Origin: Octopus bimaculoides
Taxonomy: Eukaryota
Reading direction: 5' to 3'
Assembly: GCF_001194135.2 (NCBI RefSeq)
Contig: NC_068992.1
Location: forward strand, 34,522,574 to 34,570,516
Length of the DNA: 47,943 nt
Part shown: piece after piece, positions 47,460 through 47,943 of the stretch
Layout: every line of letters starts with the position of its first letter
Position numbering within the stretch: position 1 is the first letter of the stretch
The notes under the pieces: generated by a model
What the model was told of the DNA's origin: nothing
What the model saw: only the letters and a program-made list of their open reading frames with translations
The model's database searches: none
Made by a program: the position numbers and the translations under genes

Positions 47460-47925
47460 CCTCTTGTTGTGGTGGACGCCCCCAGTTGAGAAATGGGCTA
47501 GTCCACTACTAACAAAAAGTGGACTGACACAGTCAATAATGTCAGTCAGTGAAGGTACCCTATTCGGTGCGCACTTGAGTCTCTGTTTTAATCCCTTTTG
47601 TTTAAATCCTTGTGATTCTGTCATGTATTCTTGTTTACCTGATTGTTGAAGGCTAAGTGCCTATCGTTGAATTTTGTTGAAGACCGTTGCTGTTTTGCCA
47701 GCGGCCCTGTGTATTTGATTATTTCCTTTCCCCCATTTAGGAGCAGAGAGACTTTGAGAAAATGAATAGTAAACTGGAATGTGCCCATTTCAGGAGCTAT
47801 ACTTTGGTTGCTGGAAGTTGTACTACTATGACGAATGTGCTAGAGGTGCAGGAAGTGAAAATTGAAAGAGAGAAGCTGGAGAGAAGCTGGAGAGTTAAAT
47901 AGAACTGATCCAGAAGGAGGCTCAA
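47460..47925 (+). mobile_element. Possible LTR-retrotransposon leader and decayed gag start
   Basis: More GC-rich segment beginning TGGTGG.., followed by MTNVLEVQEVKIEREKLE.. (E/K-rich, coiled-coil-like) with an 11-bp duplication gagaagctgga. No LTR pair or PBS match established. Confidence 0.2.
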
Positions 47926-47943
47926 GTATATATATATATATAT

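Noticed and set aside
1-47943. Fanzor/TnpB, Helitron, Maverick or endogenous viral genes
   Set aside because: I recognised no RuvC, Rep/helicase, polB, integrase or capsid motifs in any frame examined by eye; an HMM scan would be needed to exclude decayed copies.

Overview
This is AT-rich, repeat-saturated eukaryotic DNA with 8 N-gaps, most of them bordered by (TA)n. I infer a cephalopod (Octopus-like) genome from my recollection of its SINE and RTE 3'-tail families; that assignment is not proven. I found no intact, identifiable host gene, rRNA, true tRNA or CRISPR array. Most long ORFs in the track are artefacts of microsatellites (YI/CV/HT/ER runs) or N-gaps. The window is a layered transposon graveyard. 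It holds four Tc1/mariner lineages (three DD34D-type mariners and one DD37D maT-like) and at least four RTE LINE coding remnants with several RTE 3' tails. It also holds an R4/Dong-like LINE, a near-full-length CRE-like LINE, a CR1/L2-group LINE, Penelope-like remnants (one clear GIY-YIG), two or three tRNA-derived SINE families, and hAT-like and piggyBac-like MITEs. The best second-look items are a triple-nested mariner locus, two inverted head-to-head RTE composites with twin-priming-like geometry, a GIY-YIG fragment between long inverted microsatellite-rich arms, a 509-bp foldback, a 75-bp exact local copy inserted into a transposase, and a cluster of unassigned candidate exons at 39.4-40.9 kb. 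I could not support a clearly novel biological system. Repeat boundaries are approximate (tens of bp) unless TIRs or TSDs are quoted.
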